DNA of 62,800 nucleotides, the filler included, from Aduncisulcus paluster (lineage: Eukaryota), in the NCBI GenBank assembly GCA_024181965.1. It is 8 parts of 8 records of this genome, joined end to end, with 100 filler letters (N's around TTAATTAATTAA, not from the genome) between each part and the next. Parts side by side here need not be neighbours in the genome. Positions count along the whole stretch, not along the records: positions 32,083 to 39,067 come from BQXS01012329.1; positions 39,168 to 51,825 come from BQXS01012330.1; 6 more parts are not named here. One strand, written 5' to 3'. Position 1 is the first letter of the stretch. Every line of letters starts with the position of its first letter. The notes beneath the pieces were generated by a model. It did no database searches, had not been told where the DNA came from, and worked only from the letters and a program-made list of their open reading frames with translations. Shown piece after piece: positions 35,995 to 48,768 of this stretch. A program made the position numbers and the translations under genes.

Positions 35995-38900
35995 TCAAGG
36001 TATTACTGAATGTAGTTTCGAATCTTCAACTTTCTTTTCTTCTGAGAAAAGTTTAAATTTAGGAATGTATTTAGAGATTGATTGAATCAAAGAATAGGCA
36101 GTATCTTCCTCCTTTTCCTTCTTCTTCTCTTTCTTCTTCTTCAGCTCTTTCTTTAAGTCCTTTTCACTCTCATCCTTGTCTTCATCTTTCTTTTCTCCGT
36201 CTTTCTTTTCATTATATTTCTTTCTCTTCTTCAAATAAGTTGCAATTTTCATCCTATTGCTATATTCATTTGTGGTCAAACCATTGTAGATTCTGAGGAA
36301 AATATCTACAATTTCCCTTTTCTTTTCACACTTGCTAGCCTTCAATGTTTTGTAATGAACAGTATCTTCGAGCTTGGGAAGCGCTTCCTCTCGTAGCCTT
36401 ATCATTTTTTTAACCTGGTCCATAAACTCTGGTGATTTCTCATTCAATGGACTCGTAGGATATGAAAAAGCTAAGTTACCACTTGAAAAGACATAATAAA
36501 TACATAGTCCCAAGGCATAGCTATCACATCGAGAAAGAATAAGCTTCGTGGGATTCGAAAGATTTTCACATATTTCCAAAGGCCAATAATGAGGATCTCC
36601 CTGAGCACAATTCTTATTTTTGGCACCGCTTTCAGCATCTGAACAATAAGATTCTTCTCTGTCGGCTGACGATACTCTTGTGGCTTGCTTGGCATTTGTA
36701 GAACGAGAGAGTGTCGATTCAACTTTGGCAAAACCCAAATCACCGACAATCACCTCTCCGTATTTCCCCTTTCTTCGGATAAAGAAATTCTCAGGCTTTA
36801 AATCTAAATGTCGAAATTTTTTCATTTCTTGAATAATAATTCCAGTGGAGCAAATCATTCCAGAACAAATAGAAACAGCTTGTAAAGCTCCATCCTCAGT
36901 TCCAATATCAGGTGCATCGTACATACTATTTCCCCCTTGGAATATATCCCAAATTGACCCACCCTTGCAATATTCCATCACAAGACATAATCTATCCTCT
37001 TCTTCATCGAAATACCTTCCATATGGAACCGGAACGGGACAGAATTGGTGTTGGAATGCCTTGTATATTTTCCACTGATAATATAGTTCTTCTTTCTCTT
37101 CAAGAAGGGGAATGGCCGTTTTCTTAACCTTTTTAATCACAACATGAAGTTTCTTATATTTTCCTTCATGAATAGAACCAAATCCTCCACTTCCGAGGGT
37201 CTCATAACAGACTTTAATATACTTGGGATTGATGTCAAAAACTCGATACTTTCTAAACTTTTCTTCTGATTCGACCTCTTTTTCCCTTTCTTTCAGTTTT
37301 TCCTCCATCTTTTTTTTGTTTGCATCTGCTTTTCCCCGTCTATCCTTCTCTTCAGTTTCTATTTCCTTCAGTCTTCTCTTCTTCTCTGCTAGCTTCTTTT
37401 CCCTTCTTTCTGTTTTGATTCGATCATCTTCCCCTTTCCGTTTCACCTTTTGGAATACCCCAACATTAGATCTTGTTGGTACAATATTTACCACACCGTT
37501 AAGAAGACTCTTCGATGGTGTCGATTTCGATATATAGAATATCAAACATATTATTGAACAGACCAAGAGAACCACACTGACTCCGAGCAAAATGAAGAAC
37601 AAACTTGAAGAAATGTCTTTTTTAAGGATAAAAGCACACAAACAAGATCCCAAACATCCAGACAATAACAATGAGAAAGCATCAAGGAGTCTAATTGGTT
37701 GAGGATTGAATGCTATGTGACAAACAGTAAATACAAGCATAGGAAGTGCTAATTCACCAACTAGAGCACACAATATATGGTATGGATATGCAGCATCCAC
37801 GAAGAAGAACAAAATGGAAGCGCAAATACCCACAATAGACAAGATCCCAAAGAAGATATTTGGAACGAAGAAGTGTGAACCAGTGTAGGAAGAATCTCTG
37901 AAGAGATCCCATTTGTGATGGGCAAATATCCCAAATATAACCAAAAATGGAATGAAAATGGCCAATCCTACAAAGTAAAATGAATCTGAAGCACCAACAA
38001 TCCATCCAAAGAAGGTAAAAGAGATACTAACCATCAAAAATTGGAAAGAAGTCAAAGGACTCAGGAATTTGGTTAAATTTTTAGTATTATTGTCATATGA
38101 CATCAACTTGTCACTCCATTCTTTCCATCCACCAAGAATAAACATGAAAGCATAAACTCCAAGTGCAAATAGAGCAGTGGCATAGAAAGATAATGTTGAA
38201 GACATAAACACCTGCCACACAATGCCAGCAAGAAGGAGAGGGAACCATGCTAGGACACATATGAATGTCAATGGTCCTGTGAACCAGGGGAGAGGGATAA
38301 ACTCATGGGCTCTTTCAAATCCCTTCAGATGACCAGCAGTGGAAAACACCACCAGGCCAAGGAAGAAGATGAACCCTACGAGTGCACTCCATTCCAAGAA
38401 AACAGCGAAGAGACCAATAGAGATACTCATGAGGCATATATTGACAAAGATAGCTGGCACTGAGAGACTTGTTCCACATTTGGAGATGGAGGCCACAGAG
38501 TGGACACAGACGGTCCCAATAATAGCATTGACAAACAACAAGAAGAAGAGCACGAATAATAGAGTCGACCACCACACTAATCCAGGAGTGTAGAATCCAA
38601 CAACAATGAATCCAACAATGGAAATGATTTCGGATATGAAGAGCACAACATATCGCTTATTTGAGACCCAAAGTTTCCCCTTGATATATATGGAAAGGTA
38701 TATTGAAGGATATACACCGGCAATAAGGGACATTATATTCATTTCAGAGTCATTCAGCCCAAGAACAATCCCAATAATGAATACAAGACCACATATAATC
38801 AAGGCAAAAAGGTTTACCAACTTGAGTTTCTCAGTCTTAGTCAAAGGATGGCCATAACGAACGCATAGTGACACAGCCGTGAACATGATGAACAAAGCCG

Positions 38901-39067
38901 CAGGCACAATGAAGAAAAGGGGGTTTATGAACACTCCAAGTGATACTGTGGCACCACAAATAAAGTATCCGACCAAGACAAAAATGACAGACCCAAGATT
39001 CGAACCATTATTAATGAATACAGCCACAACAATTGCAATAACGAGGTACAAAAAGCCGACAAATATT
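35995..39067 (-). CDS. Polytopic membrane protein (~17 TM segments) fused to a non-RD protein kinase; 5'-truncated
   Basis: About 500 aa of consecutive hydrophobic segments, a K/E-rich linker, then LGSGGFGSI, VVIKK, HLDLKPEN, GDLGFAK and DSYALG. Confidence 0.85.
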
Positions 39068-39167
39068 NNNNNNNNNNNNNNNNNNNNNNNNNNNNNNNNN
39101 NNNNNNNNNNNTTAATTAATTAANNNNNNNNNNNNNNNNNNNNNNNNNNNNNNNNNNNNNNNNNNNN

Positions 39168-39203
39168 ACTCCAACTCCAACTCCAACTCCAACTCCAACT
39201 CCA
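39168..39203 (+). repeat. (ACTCCA)n hexamer microsatellite
   Basis: Six tandem ACTCCA units at the contig start. Confidence 0.9.
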
Positions 39204-39299
39204 ATGCCAGATCCTGATCATCCGATACATTTAATACTGATCTTTGTGCTATTTCACCCCAGATTGACAATGTGACAATCATGGAAAGCGATATCGTAG

Positions 39300-39511
39300 G
39301 TTTTTGAATTTGCAGTTGCTATGGGTATGGTTATCAGTGTTTGGGATGAAGCCTTTCTTACATTAAGTGTTGGTGAAAGAGCCACGATTGTAATCAAATC
39401 GATCCTGATTATGGTTATGGTGTCCATGCCACGGGCCGTGGAGCTGGCGATTCTATTCCACCTGATTCCACTCTCATATTTGATGTTGAATTATTAGGAA
39501 TCAAGAAATAA
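39300..39511 (+). pseudogene. FKBP-type peptidyl-prolyl isomerase pseudogene fragment
   Basis: FEFAVAMGMVISVWDEAFLTLSVGERATIVI, a frameshift near 39395, then DPDYGYG..RGAGDSIPPDSTLIFDVELLGIKK*. No intact N-terminus. Confidence 0.8.
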
Positions 39512-39780
39512 TGCCTGAAAAGAACAAACGAATTGATTTTATTGGTTTTTAGGTATATTTTCTCTTGCCCAGAAATCAAAGTTCTCAAAACCAGTTTGTG
39601 AATCTCTTTCCAGGACAATACATTGAATGCATTGCATTAGACTTCCGTTTCCCAACTCATATGCCCTATGACATAGGGATTTTGTCCAACAATCTAGAAT
39701 AAAGACCCCGGAAATGAAAACAGGTACTTATTTTTTATATATTCTTCACACAATATTAGCATTTCATACCATTTCTTGAA

Positions 39781-40863
39781 TTATTTCCATGGAAGTAGAG
39801 ATAATCGTTCAGCTGCAATGGTTTCCTCGGGCATAGTAAATACAAGGGAGTTAATCTTGAAATTTCGACTATTCTTTTCAACCCACATTCCTTTCCCTTC
39901 AATCTCACACAATACGACATTTGGCAAATCAATAGGAAGGAAGAGCCATTCATATTCATGTTTAGGTCTTGTGAATTCATACTTCTTGGATGTCTTCTTA
40001 CCATCACAATCAGCGAAAGTGAAGAGAAGAGAAGGTGAACTTATATTACAATTCACACAGATATAAGCACCATTCAGTGGACTATGTAATGGGAAAGGGA
40101 TGGACAGATGGGATAACCACACATAATCTTCCCCTTTTAACATTATTTGTGCTTTTGACCTCATATCATAAAACCCAGATTCCTTACTAAACGCATCAAG
40201 CTTGCACTTAACCATCGAGAATGAAGGATGTACAAGCTTTGGATCATCACGGGGAATGGGAATAGAATATCTTCCTCCTTCCTTCATAAACTCTGGTTTC
40301 ACAACTGGAGCTTCAGACCATAGTTTCTCTCTGGCTTCACGAGATTTGATTTCTTCAGGAGTTTCTTCTCTACTAATAAAAACAAGGGATTGGATTTTAA
40401 AACACTCTTCCTTTCTTCCTTTCCCTGTAATCTCACACAGAACAACATCAGGGAGATCAACAGGAAGAAAATACCAACGATCATCATAAAATTCAGGAAA
40501 TTCGTATTTCTTGGATGTTTTATCACCCTTTGAAGATGTGAGAGTGAAGATAAGATGTGATGGAGATGAAAGATAACGATATAGACAGATATAAGCCCCT
40601 TTCATTGGGGAACATGAAGAGAAAGGAATGGAGATATGGGTAAAATGTCCATAATTATCCTCTCCTTTCATCATCTTTTGTGCTTTAGAACTCTGATCGT
40701 ACTTTTTATCACCTTCTTTCTTAGATCCACCTATTGCTTTGATAGTTGGAAACTCTGCACTCTTAATATTGGGGGCATCTCCAGGAATTGGAGAACAATA
40801 CTTATCTCCTTTATGTATAAACTCAGGCCCCACAGTTTGAATAACACCAATGGATGACCTCAT
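39781..40863 (-). CDS. Lineage-specific protein made of two tandem ~165-aa uncharacterised domains (kinase-free member)
   Basis: Repeat motifs PIPxD, AQxMxKGE, H(I/L)SIPF, GAYIC, SKKYEF, WxFLP(V/I)DLPxVVLCEI, IxSLVF. Close paralogue of the N-terminus of 55212-57785. Confidence 0.85.
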   Translation of the reverse strand: MRSSIGVIQTVGPEFIHKGDKYCSPIPGDAPNIKSAEFPTIKAIGGSKKEGDKKYDQSSKAQKMMKGEDNYGHFTHISIPFSSCSPMKGAYICLYRYLSSPSHLIFTLTSSKGDKTSKKYEFPEFYDDRWYFLPVDLPDVVLCEITGKGRKEECFKIQSLVFISREETPEEIKSREAREKLWSEAPVVKPEFMKEGGRYSIPIPRDDPKLVHPSFSMVKCKLDAFSKESGFYDMRSKAQIMLKGEDYVWLSHLSIPFPLHSPLNGAYICVNCNISSPSLLFTFADCDGKKTSKKYEFTRPKHEYEWLFLPIDLPNVVLCEIEGKGMWVEKNSRNFKINSLVFTMPEETIAAERLSLLPWK

Positions 40864-42070
40864 TTGAATAGAGATAGAATCTTATCTAAAAAAATAAAAA
40901 TAAACAAGATAATAATAATATTTGTGAACAAACAGAATGAAAAAGATAAAACAAACAGGGAAAGAACAAGAAACGACCACACAGCACAATATAGTGAGTA
41001 TAATTGAATGTCACAGATTAAAATATGTCTTAATGTGCATTTAATAAAAGATGTGAGATATATTAAACATACAAGTTGTTATTAACACAAACAAAACAAC
41101 GAGAAGCGAATACACAACGACTCGATTGCCAATGTGACAATCTTGGAAAGTGATACCGTATAATATATACATAAAAATATATAACCATTTTCCTTGGACC
41201 ATATATTGCATGCAATCCTTGTGAATCCACTCCTGACACAAAATTTTACAAAATCTTTTCATATTTCCCGAGTTTTGTTTACATATTGGATTATAAAGTC
41301 ACAAAATATGATAATTAGGTACAGTTGAAATCTGTGAATATTGTATATATATCATCGACTTCTTGGCAGAGAAGCTATACTTCGTGTTTCATTTGGTTTT
41401 CGAAATTTCGAATCGTTCTCACTCTTCTCTGCTCTCTGTTCGATCAAAAAAACACTAATTCAGTTTATTTGTTTGTTTTGTTTTGTTTTCACTTTGTAAT
41501 TCCTTTGCAATATGTCATAGAAAGGATATAACAATAGAACAACACATATTCTTGGTGTTGGACTCATTGGTGATCTATGACCCCCATCCAAAGTGAGTGT
41601 GAACTCATCCAGCCCAAAGATGTTGGATCTATGCTGTTAAGTTATAAGTTATAACCAATGAATACCATCTTAGTTCTTATATATTCCAAATGTTGGATAA
41701 GTTATCGGATAACTGTTATCTATCGCCTTTAAAGGTGATTCACCTTCCTGATTCCAAACATTTGTCAGCTATATTTGTATTATACAAAGCTTCAAGCTTA
41801 TTTAATAGTTTATTAAAGATTTGACCTTGACCATTTTAGATAGAAACATATGTAACATATGATATGTTGAAATCTGATAAAAAAACAAAACAAACAGATA
41901 AGTTTGTTAAACAAAGCAAAAAAAAAAAAAGAGAAAAATGAGAAAGATAAAGAAACGAACGAGAAATTATTTCTCAGAAATACAACGTATTTTCCAAATC
42001 CAAAAGAACGTATGGAGAGAGCGAGAAAACAAATAATAATAATACTATATAAACCCAATAAATCTCACCA

Positions 42071-45000
42071 TCACCATTTCTCTGCTCTTTTCTTCCATTG
42101 TTCGGTCGTAATAGATTCAAGTTCCAAATCGGCTTGAAAAGCATGTTTTAATGCCGTTCTATTCAAAACTATTGTTCTTTTCCCGACGGCAATCTGGTTC
42201 TGAATCTTCCACAAATCATCCCTCAAATCGTCTCTTTCTTCTTTTTTTGCTTGAAAAGCTCGATTGAGTTCAACAATATAGTCTCTTTGATCGCCAAACA
42301 TTTGTTTCCAAACACGGATATATGAATCGAGACTCTCTCTCTGCACGTACAACACGCACATGTGGTTTCATTCTTTGCAATTCTCTTCGCTTCGGTAATA
42401 TCCTTATCAGATACTCATCACGTTTTAACAATAACGAGCTTAAATGCATTCCAGACCCAGCAAGTTTCTCAATAATTGAAGCCACATCCATTCCTCTGCG
42501 TTTGATGAGCATTCGAAGAGCTATCTTACTTTCACGGGAAAGGCCTTCAAGTAATTTCCGAGAACTCTCCTCGGCAGCAGCTATTCCTTGTATTTCAAGG
42601 GTTATATACGTGAACAAAGATCTCATTTTGGATACAATTTGTTCATATCGTTGAACAATTCCTTGCAAAACAGACAACTCTCGATGATAATTCTGCATTC
42701 GTTCATATGTAGTTCGAAGGTTGGATATTGATGCTGGATAGTCATGTGGAATGTCAAGATCGGAATGAACTGAATTGCCAGCACCAGTAGCAGTAGCAGT
42801 AGCAGTAGCAGTGGGTTCTTTAAGTAGAGACGTGGTTTGAGGAAGGTGAGTACCTTGACGTTGACTCTGATGTTGACTCTGATGTTGACTCTGATGTTGA
42901 CTCTGATGTTGAAATTGCTGCATTGAAGGGTTTGAAGGGTTTGAAGCTCCTTGAGTTGGTTGTTGTCGTGAATGATGTGTTTGATGACGTGTTTGTCCTC
43001 CTGAAGATGGAATATGAATGATCCTCCCAGGTCCAGCCTCAGTCCCAGGTCCAGTCTCAGTCTCAGTGACAGAAAGGTAGCTTTGTCTCGGTGAAGGAGT
43101 TTTAGTCCGCATTCGATCATCCACTCCCAAACTGAGTGGAATAGTTGGACCTTTTGACTTGGAGTTGGAGGAAGCTTTGTCATAGTAATGATTATGTGAT
43201 GATGAAGAAGCAGAAGGGAGATGACTTCTTGCATGTTGAGCCACACCAGATAGAGTATGAGAAGAAGTATGTTTGTGTGTTTGGTCAGAGGAAACGTTGA
43301 TAGATCGTTCATTTTGTCCGTGAAGTTGTCCGTGAAGTTGATGCGGGTGAGAATGTTGAGGTTCTGAGTGAGAATGTTGTTGAGGTTCCGATTCATGAAC
43401 ACTGACACCAGCATGTGAGAGGAGAGAGGATTGTTGTCGAATTCGTCTTTGGAATGTGACAACATCACGTCCACTCAGACACACGACTTCAATATCAATA
43501 GACGGTAAAGATACGTCTAGAGCCGGCAATGGAAGAGCAGATGGACAGGGTGTTCCGATATTCAACGAGTAAAGCAAAAGATAGCGGAATATAAAGAAAG
43601 AACTTAACGATGGGGGCAATTGTAGTTCTGAATCGAAGGGTGTACAAGATCTCGATCTAGAGCTTGGATTATGAGCACCAAAGCCAACATGAGGCCCAGA
43701 TACAGACCCAGACCCAGATCCGTTACCATGCCCTTGCTGCTGAGGAGGAGAGAGATAACATTGCTGCTCTTGTCTTGTTTCTTCAATGTATCTTGAATGA
43801 TCACGCAATCCGCATGAAGCTGCAATGGTTTTGATGGTTTTCGTGTATAAAATATTACTCATTGGCGGAAGTGAAGGTGGAGAGTATATTGGAGAAGTGA
43901 TAGCACGTTGGACAAACATAGCGATCTCGGCATTAGTTGGGTGTGATCCAGAAGCCTTAGTACTACCATGGGAATCAGACGATGTCAAGTGTGCAATCGG
44001 CCTTGGAATACTGTATNNNNNNNNNNNNNNNNNNNNTCTTGAATGATCACGCAATCCGCATGAAGCTGCAATGGTTTTGATGGTTTTCGTGTATAAAATA
44101 TTACTCATTGGCGGAAGTGAAGGTGGAGAGTATATTGGAGAAGTGATAGCACGTTGGACAAACATAGCGATCTCGGCATTAGTTGGGTGTGATCCAGAAG
44201 CCTTAGTACTACCATGGGAATCAGACGATGTCAAGTGTGCAATCGGCCTTGGAATACTGTATCCCCGAGTTGTAGAAACAACATTGGCAGAGCTTTGACC
44301 AAGTTCATGATGGCCTTCTCTATCGATCATCTCTCTTGTCCCACTACTCCCTGTTTGTTTGCTCTTATTCTTATCTCTCTCGCTTTGTTGATCAATACGA
44401 GGAGGATTAACTGGTATAGGTCTTGCAATACCATCAAATGAATCAGAGCATGGGGATATCGAGTCTCTTTTCCCACTTATTCCTTGCGACAATGTTTCTA
44501 TTGTTCCCAGCATTTGAGAAGATGATTGAGATGGAACTGTTCGGATTCTTTTACCATTACTGTCATCATAATCCATCGTGATCTGCGTAAGAGATGGAAT
44601 TGGCAAGACATGTGTTGAATCAAAAGAAGAGGAGGATGAGGAAGGCTTTGATCCAATTATTGACATGTCTTGATGTTGTTTCTGAGTTTCTACTTGATCT
44701 GAAGCTCCCCTTTCACTTTCTTCTATCACAGTAGAGTATAGTACAGTATAGTTTGTACCATGAGCATCAGAAGAGTCCATATGACTGATAATGTGAGAAC
44801 CTTGAGCTTGACGTTGAGCTTGATGATCACTTTTATCTATGGTATCCTTTGAAATATCAAGAGTCTCAGCCTCCTCGTGCTGTTGTTTAATATATCGATA
44901 ATCCCTTCTCACACTATACACTCTCCTTTCTCTCTCAGCTCTGACTTCTATAGGCTCAACAATTGGAGGTTGTTGGGGAGGAGATTCTTCCTTCCCTTCG

Positions 45001-46916
45001 TTTATACTTGGGCTGGTAATTGTAGTATTAGCCGTATAAATATCAGTAGTGGCGTGGGTTGAACCCACAACCTTATCTTTATCTTTATCAGAATCAATCG
45101 TACTGTCGTGACCACCACTATCAGTTTCCTTCATAATAACCTCATCCTCTTTGTGATGTTTAGGACCATAAGAGAGATAAGGACCAATTACAGCATCATG
45201 AATAACAACAGAATCACGAATAATTGAATCACTCCGACTTCCTCTTCTTACTCTTGTTGTTGACTGTTTTAAGTTCATAGATGAATCTTTACCATCATCA
45301 AGAGACAAATGAGTTGGATCACTGGTAAAAGAAGAAGATGTTTCTTTCTTACTCATAGAAATCTGTGTTGTATCAATAAAAGCTTTGTCAGCAGCAGTAT
45401 CATTGACGTCAGCAATATCATGATCATCCTGAGGTTGTTGCTTGAGTTGTTGGTGATCATCGGATGTTCTATTTTTAGTACCTTCCTGAGAAAGAGGACG
45501 TGGTTTCTTTGAGGAAGGCGTTATGTAATCAACGTGCAATTGTTCTTCAGGGGGGAAATTTTGAGGAATAGATGTTATTCTTCCACTTCCTTGTTGTCGA
45601 GCAGCTGGGGAAGAGGAAGAAGAGGAAGAAGAGGAAGAAGAGGAAGAGCCACTCTTATTCCGGTGTGGGGAATAAGCAAGAATAGCTGCTCTCGCTGAAG
45701 AAGGAAGTTCAGGAGCAACGGGAAGATCTGATGGTATTGGAGGTATAGCTGGTGGAGGAGGTAAAGAATCTTCTATGGGGGATGCTTGGGAAGAAATACC
45801 TTGATGTTGCTGTCTGACAGTTTCTAGATGCCTAACAGGTTCTTGCTGGATGGTAGAGGGGGAGACACTATTGTGAGATTCCTCTTCCATCAATGGACTT
45901 GGATACTGTTGTTTGGACTGTTGTTTGGACTGTTGTTTGGAGTGAGATGAGTGAACATGGACTGGTTGATGATCTTCTTTTTGCTCAAGATACAAGGAAG
46001 AAGAAAGAGACTCCCCTGAACTTAATTCTTTTTGTTGTTGCTGCCTAACAGCTTCAAGCTTTCTCTGCTTCTCCTCTTCCTCAATAGCTATCTTGTTTAT
46101 ATCGTCTTGGTTGAGCTCTACGACATCCACAAGCGATAATCGTCTCTCTCCTCTCTCTTCTTGTTGGTAAGGTTCAGTAAAGAATTGGAAACGGGTGGAA
46201 GGATCATCAGTACTCACGGGGTTAGAACCACTAACGTCATTTGTAATAAGAGGTGTATCTTGAGGGCCAAGTTCATGAACATGCTCGAAATCATCGTCTT
46301 TGCTCAATGTATGCTCAGCATCTATAAGGGTGAAGGAGGAATCACCTGATTGGACGTGTGAAATATCGTCTTGAACTTGAAAAGAGGATGGAGGAGAATG
46401 AGAAACGAAAGATCCATGATTCTCGACATTTTTCGATGGATCACTAGAAATTTCTTTAAATTCATCCGATTTTTGGCTGGAACTAAGTTGATCTATGGTC
46501 ATTTTATCATCAGAAATATCACGAGGAGTGATAAAGGGATCCCTTGGAGATATTCCGGTTTCTTGATGGATATTTTGATTTGTCGATGAAAAGTCTTGCG
46601 TTGTTTGATGAAGAATCTTTAATAATCCATCCATAGTATCGGGTAAGAACGATTGTTCTTCTTTCATATTATTGGCTCGTAATTTCATAATTTGGCTTGT
46701 CATTCTTGAAATGGCAGGCGATGTTTCGTCATCTTCTGCAAAGTCAGAAGTCATTCTAAGCTTAGATTTTAGGTGGACTGATGGATGGGAGTGAGTTTGA
46801 TCAACAAATGGAATAATTTCATCTGTCTCCTCAAATGTAGCACTTGCACTCCCATCTCTAGGAGAAGAATACATTTGTTCTGCATCTTGCTCAAGTTCTG
46901 GGGAAGATAAACTCAT
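42071..46916 (-). CDS. Large S/Q/H-rich low-complexity protein with a C-terminal coiled coil; frame break(s) near the 3' end
   Basis: ATG at 46916, with a duplicated overlap at the N gap 44017-44036. A break at (CT)5 42333-42342 continues into ORF 42071-42361. A further shift near 42116 plus a GTGAGA..CAG intron 42068-41874 could give a last exon ending at 41802 (speculative). Confidence 0.65.
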
Positions 46917-47183
46917 TTTTCGCTTTCGCAACAAAAAACAAATATAATTTGAATAGTAAATCTATAAAATTGATGGTAATAAAACTATTAATCAAAAGAT
47001 TTGTTATATTACTTTTCTCCAAAGGTTAATTTGACACGAAATTAGATGGAATAATTTTCAGCCGTTATTTATCATATTTTATGCCTTTCTTTATTATATA
47101 TATCATCATTTCTAATTAAAACAAAAAATATACCGTTTATTTTCGGGAGAAAGTGACTACTAAACGACTTCCATAAAAGGTTA

Positions 47184-48527
47184 TCATACCTTGTTGAAAG
47201 CCAATTCATTTTCTGATTTTCTAACAACTGTACGATAAGCCTTCTCAAAATCAACAGATGTAACAATATAACGACCGTGACGGACGGCTTGCATACCAGC
47301 TTCAAGACAAACGGAAGATATTTCAGCTCCACTCAACTTGTCAGCTCTAGCGACATAATCTTCCAGATTTACACTGTCGTCGAGGGACATGCGTTTAGTA
47401 CAGACCTGGAAGATGAGACGTTTCTGCCTTCTATCCGGAGCTGGGAACTCCACTTTCCTGTCAAGCCTCCCTGGTCTCATTAAGGCAGGATCCAGTGTAT
47501 CGGCACGATTTGTTGCCATAATAACCTTAATATCAGTGCTCTGTTCGAATCCATCCATCTGGTTGAGCAATTCAAGAAGAATACGCTGTACTTCTCTATC
47601 TCCACCTGTCTGGGCATCAAAACGTTTGGTAGCAATTGCATCAACTTCATCGATAAAAACGATGCAAGGAGCTCGTTCATGAGCAAGCCTGAAGACATCT
47701 CTGACCATTCGGGGACCTTCTCCGAGATATTTCTGAACAAATTCACTACCGACAACACGAATAAACGAAGCATCAGTATGATGGGCCACAGCTTTGGCCA
47801 ACATCGTCTTTCCAGTTCCTGGAGGACCGTAGAGCAACACTCCTCGCGGTGGATCGATTCCTAATCTCTCATAAAGATATCCATGAGTCAACGGGAGCTC
47901 AATGGCTTCTCTGACTTCCTGTTTCTGAACATCAAGTCCTCCAATATCGTCATATGTCACATCAGGCTTCTCTGTGTCACGAACAGTCCTGAGGGTAGTG
48001 TCTACCTCGGGGGGCAGTACTTGAACAAGAGCATGGGAGTGTCTGTGCAAGGCAACCGAAGAATTGGGTTTCAAAAGTTCCCTATCAATCGTAGATAATA
48101 CACGAGCATAATAAGTATGAGAAGAAGTTGTCGTAACGATCGCATGGTTCTCATCAACCATTTCAATGAATTGACCTATTAATAGGGGGGTGGATTTCAC
48201 TCTTTCAAGTTCATCTTGAGATAATTTTAATTCTTTTTCCAAATTGCTATGTTCATTTTTAATGTAAGCCTCTTGCATTGATAAAAAATTGACTTCTCTT
48301 TTTAAACTCAGAAAAGTCTTATAAAGTTCTGATTCTGGAATTTCATTTACATCCAAAGCCTTTGAATAAACTGTTTCTTCCTCTTCTTCCTTCTGATTTT
48401 TATGGAAAACAAACCATGACAAGTTAGAAATGATTAGATCGTAAAGAACAGAGAACAATATCTAAAGAAAAACAAATATCATCAACAAACTACATACTAT
48501 AACAGGGGAAAGGCCTAATTCCTCCAT
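47184..48527 (-). CDS. RPT3: 26S proteasome AAA-ATPase subunit RPT3 (PSMC4), 2 exons (48527-48498, 48392-47184)
   Basis: Start [10 protein letters not shown], then [59 protein letters not shown] and RPGRLDRK. Intron 48497-48393 (GTATGT..CAG). Confidence 0.95.
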
Positions 48528-48768
48528 TGATTTCTCTATTGTTGGCAAGACATCATTGGCACAAATGATTCGACTATTTTATTTCGGTTCAAAACAAAAT
48601 ACAAGATCAAAAATCAAAAAATATATATAATAAAACCAATAGTAACTCAAAGAAATTTTTTTTGAATTCCTCTTATTCAAACGTTTTACCTAAATCACAT
48701 TTTTCTCGGAGTGGCAGATAGTCTGAAAGAATATATCGTTTGAAATAGTAGCATAAAACAAATATATA

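Noticed and set aside
42854..42910. 12-nt tandem repeats (also 60762-60790, 45905-45940) as a CRISPR-like array
   Set aside because: No spacers; they are in-frame coding repeats (QSQH, NPDS, KQQS).
43790..44260. Apparent tandem duplications inside genes (also 3897-4556, 21357-21852, 49341-49842)
   Set aside because: Each flanks a ~20-nt N gap, so these are scaffolding overlaps rather than real duplications.
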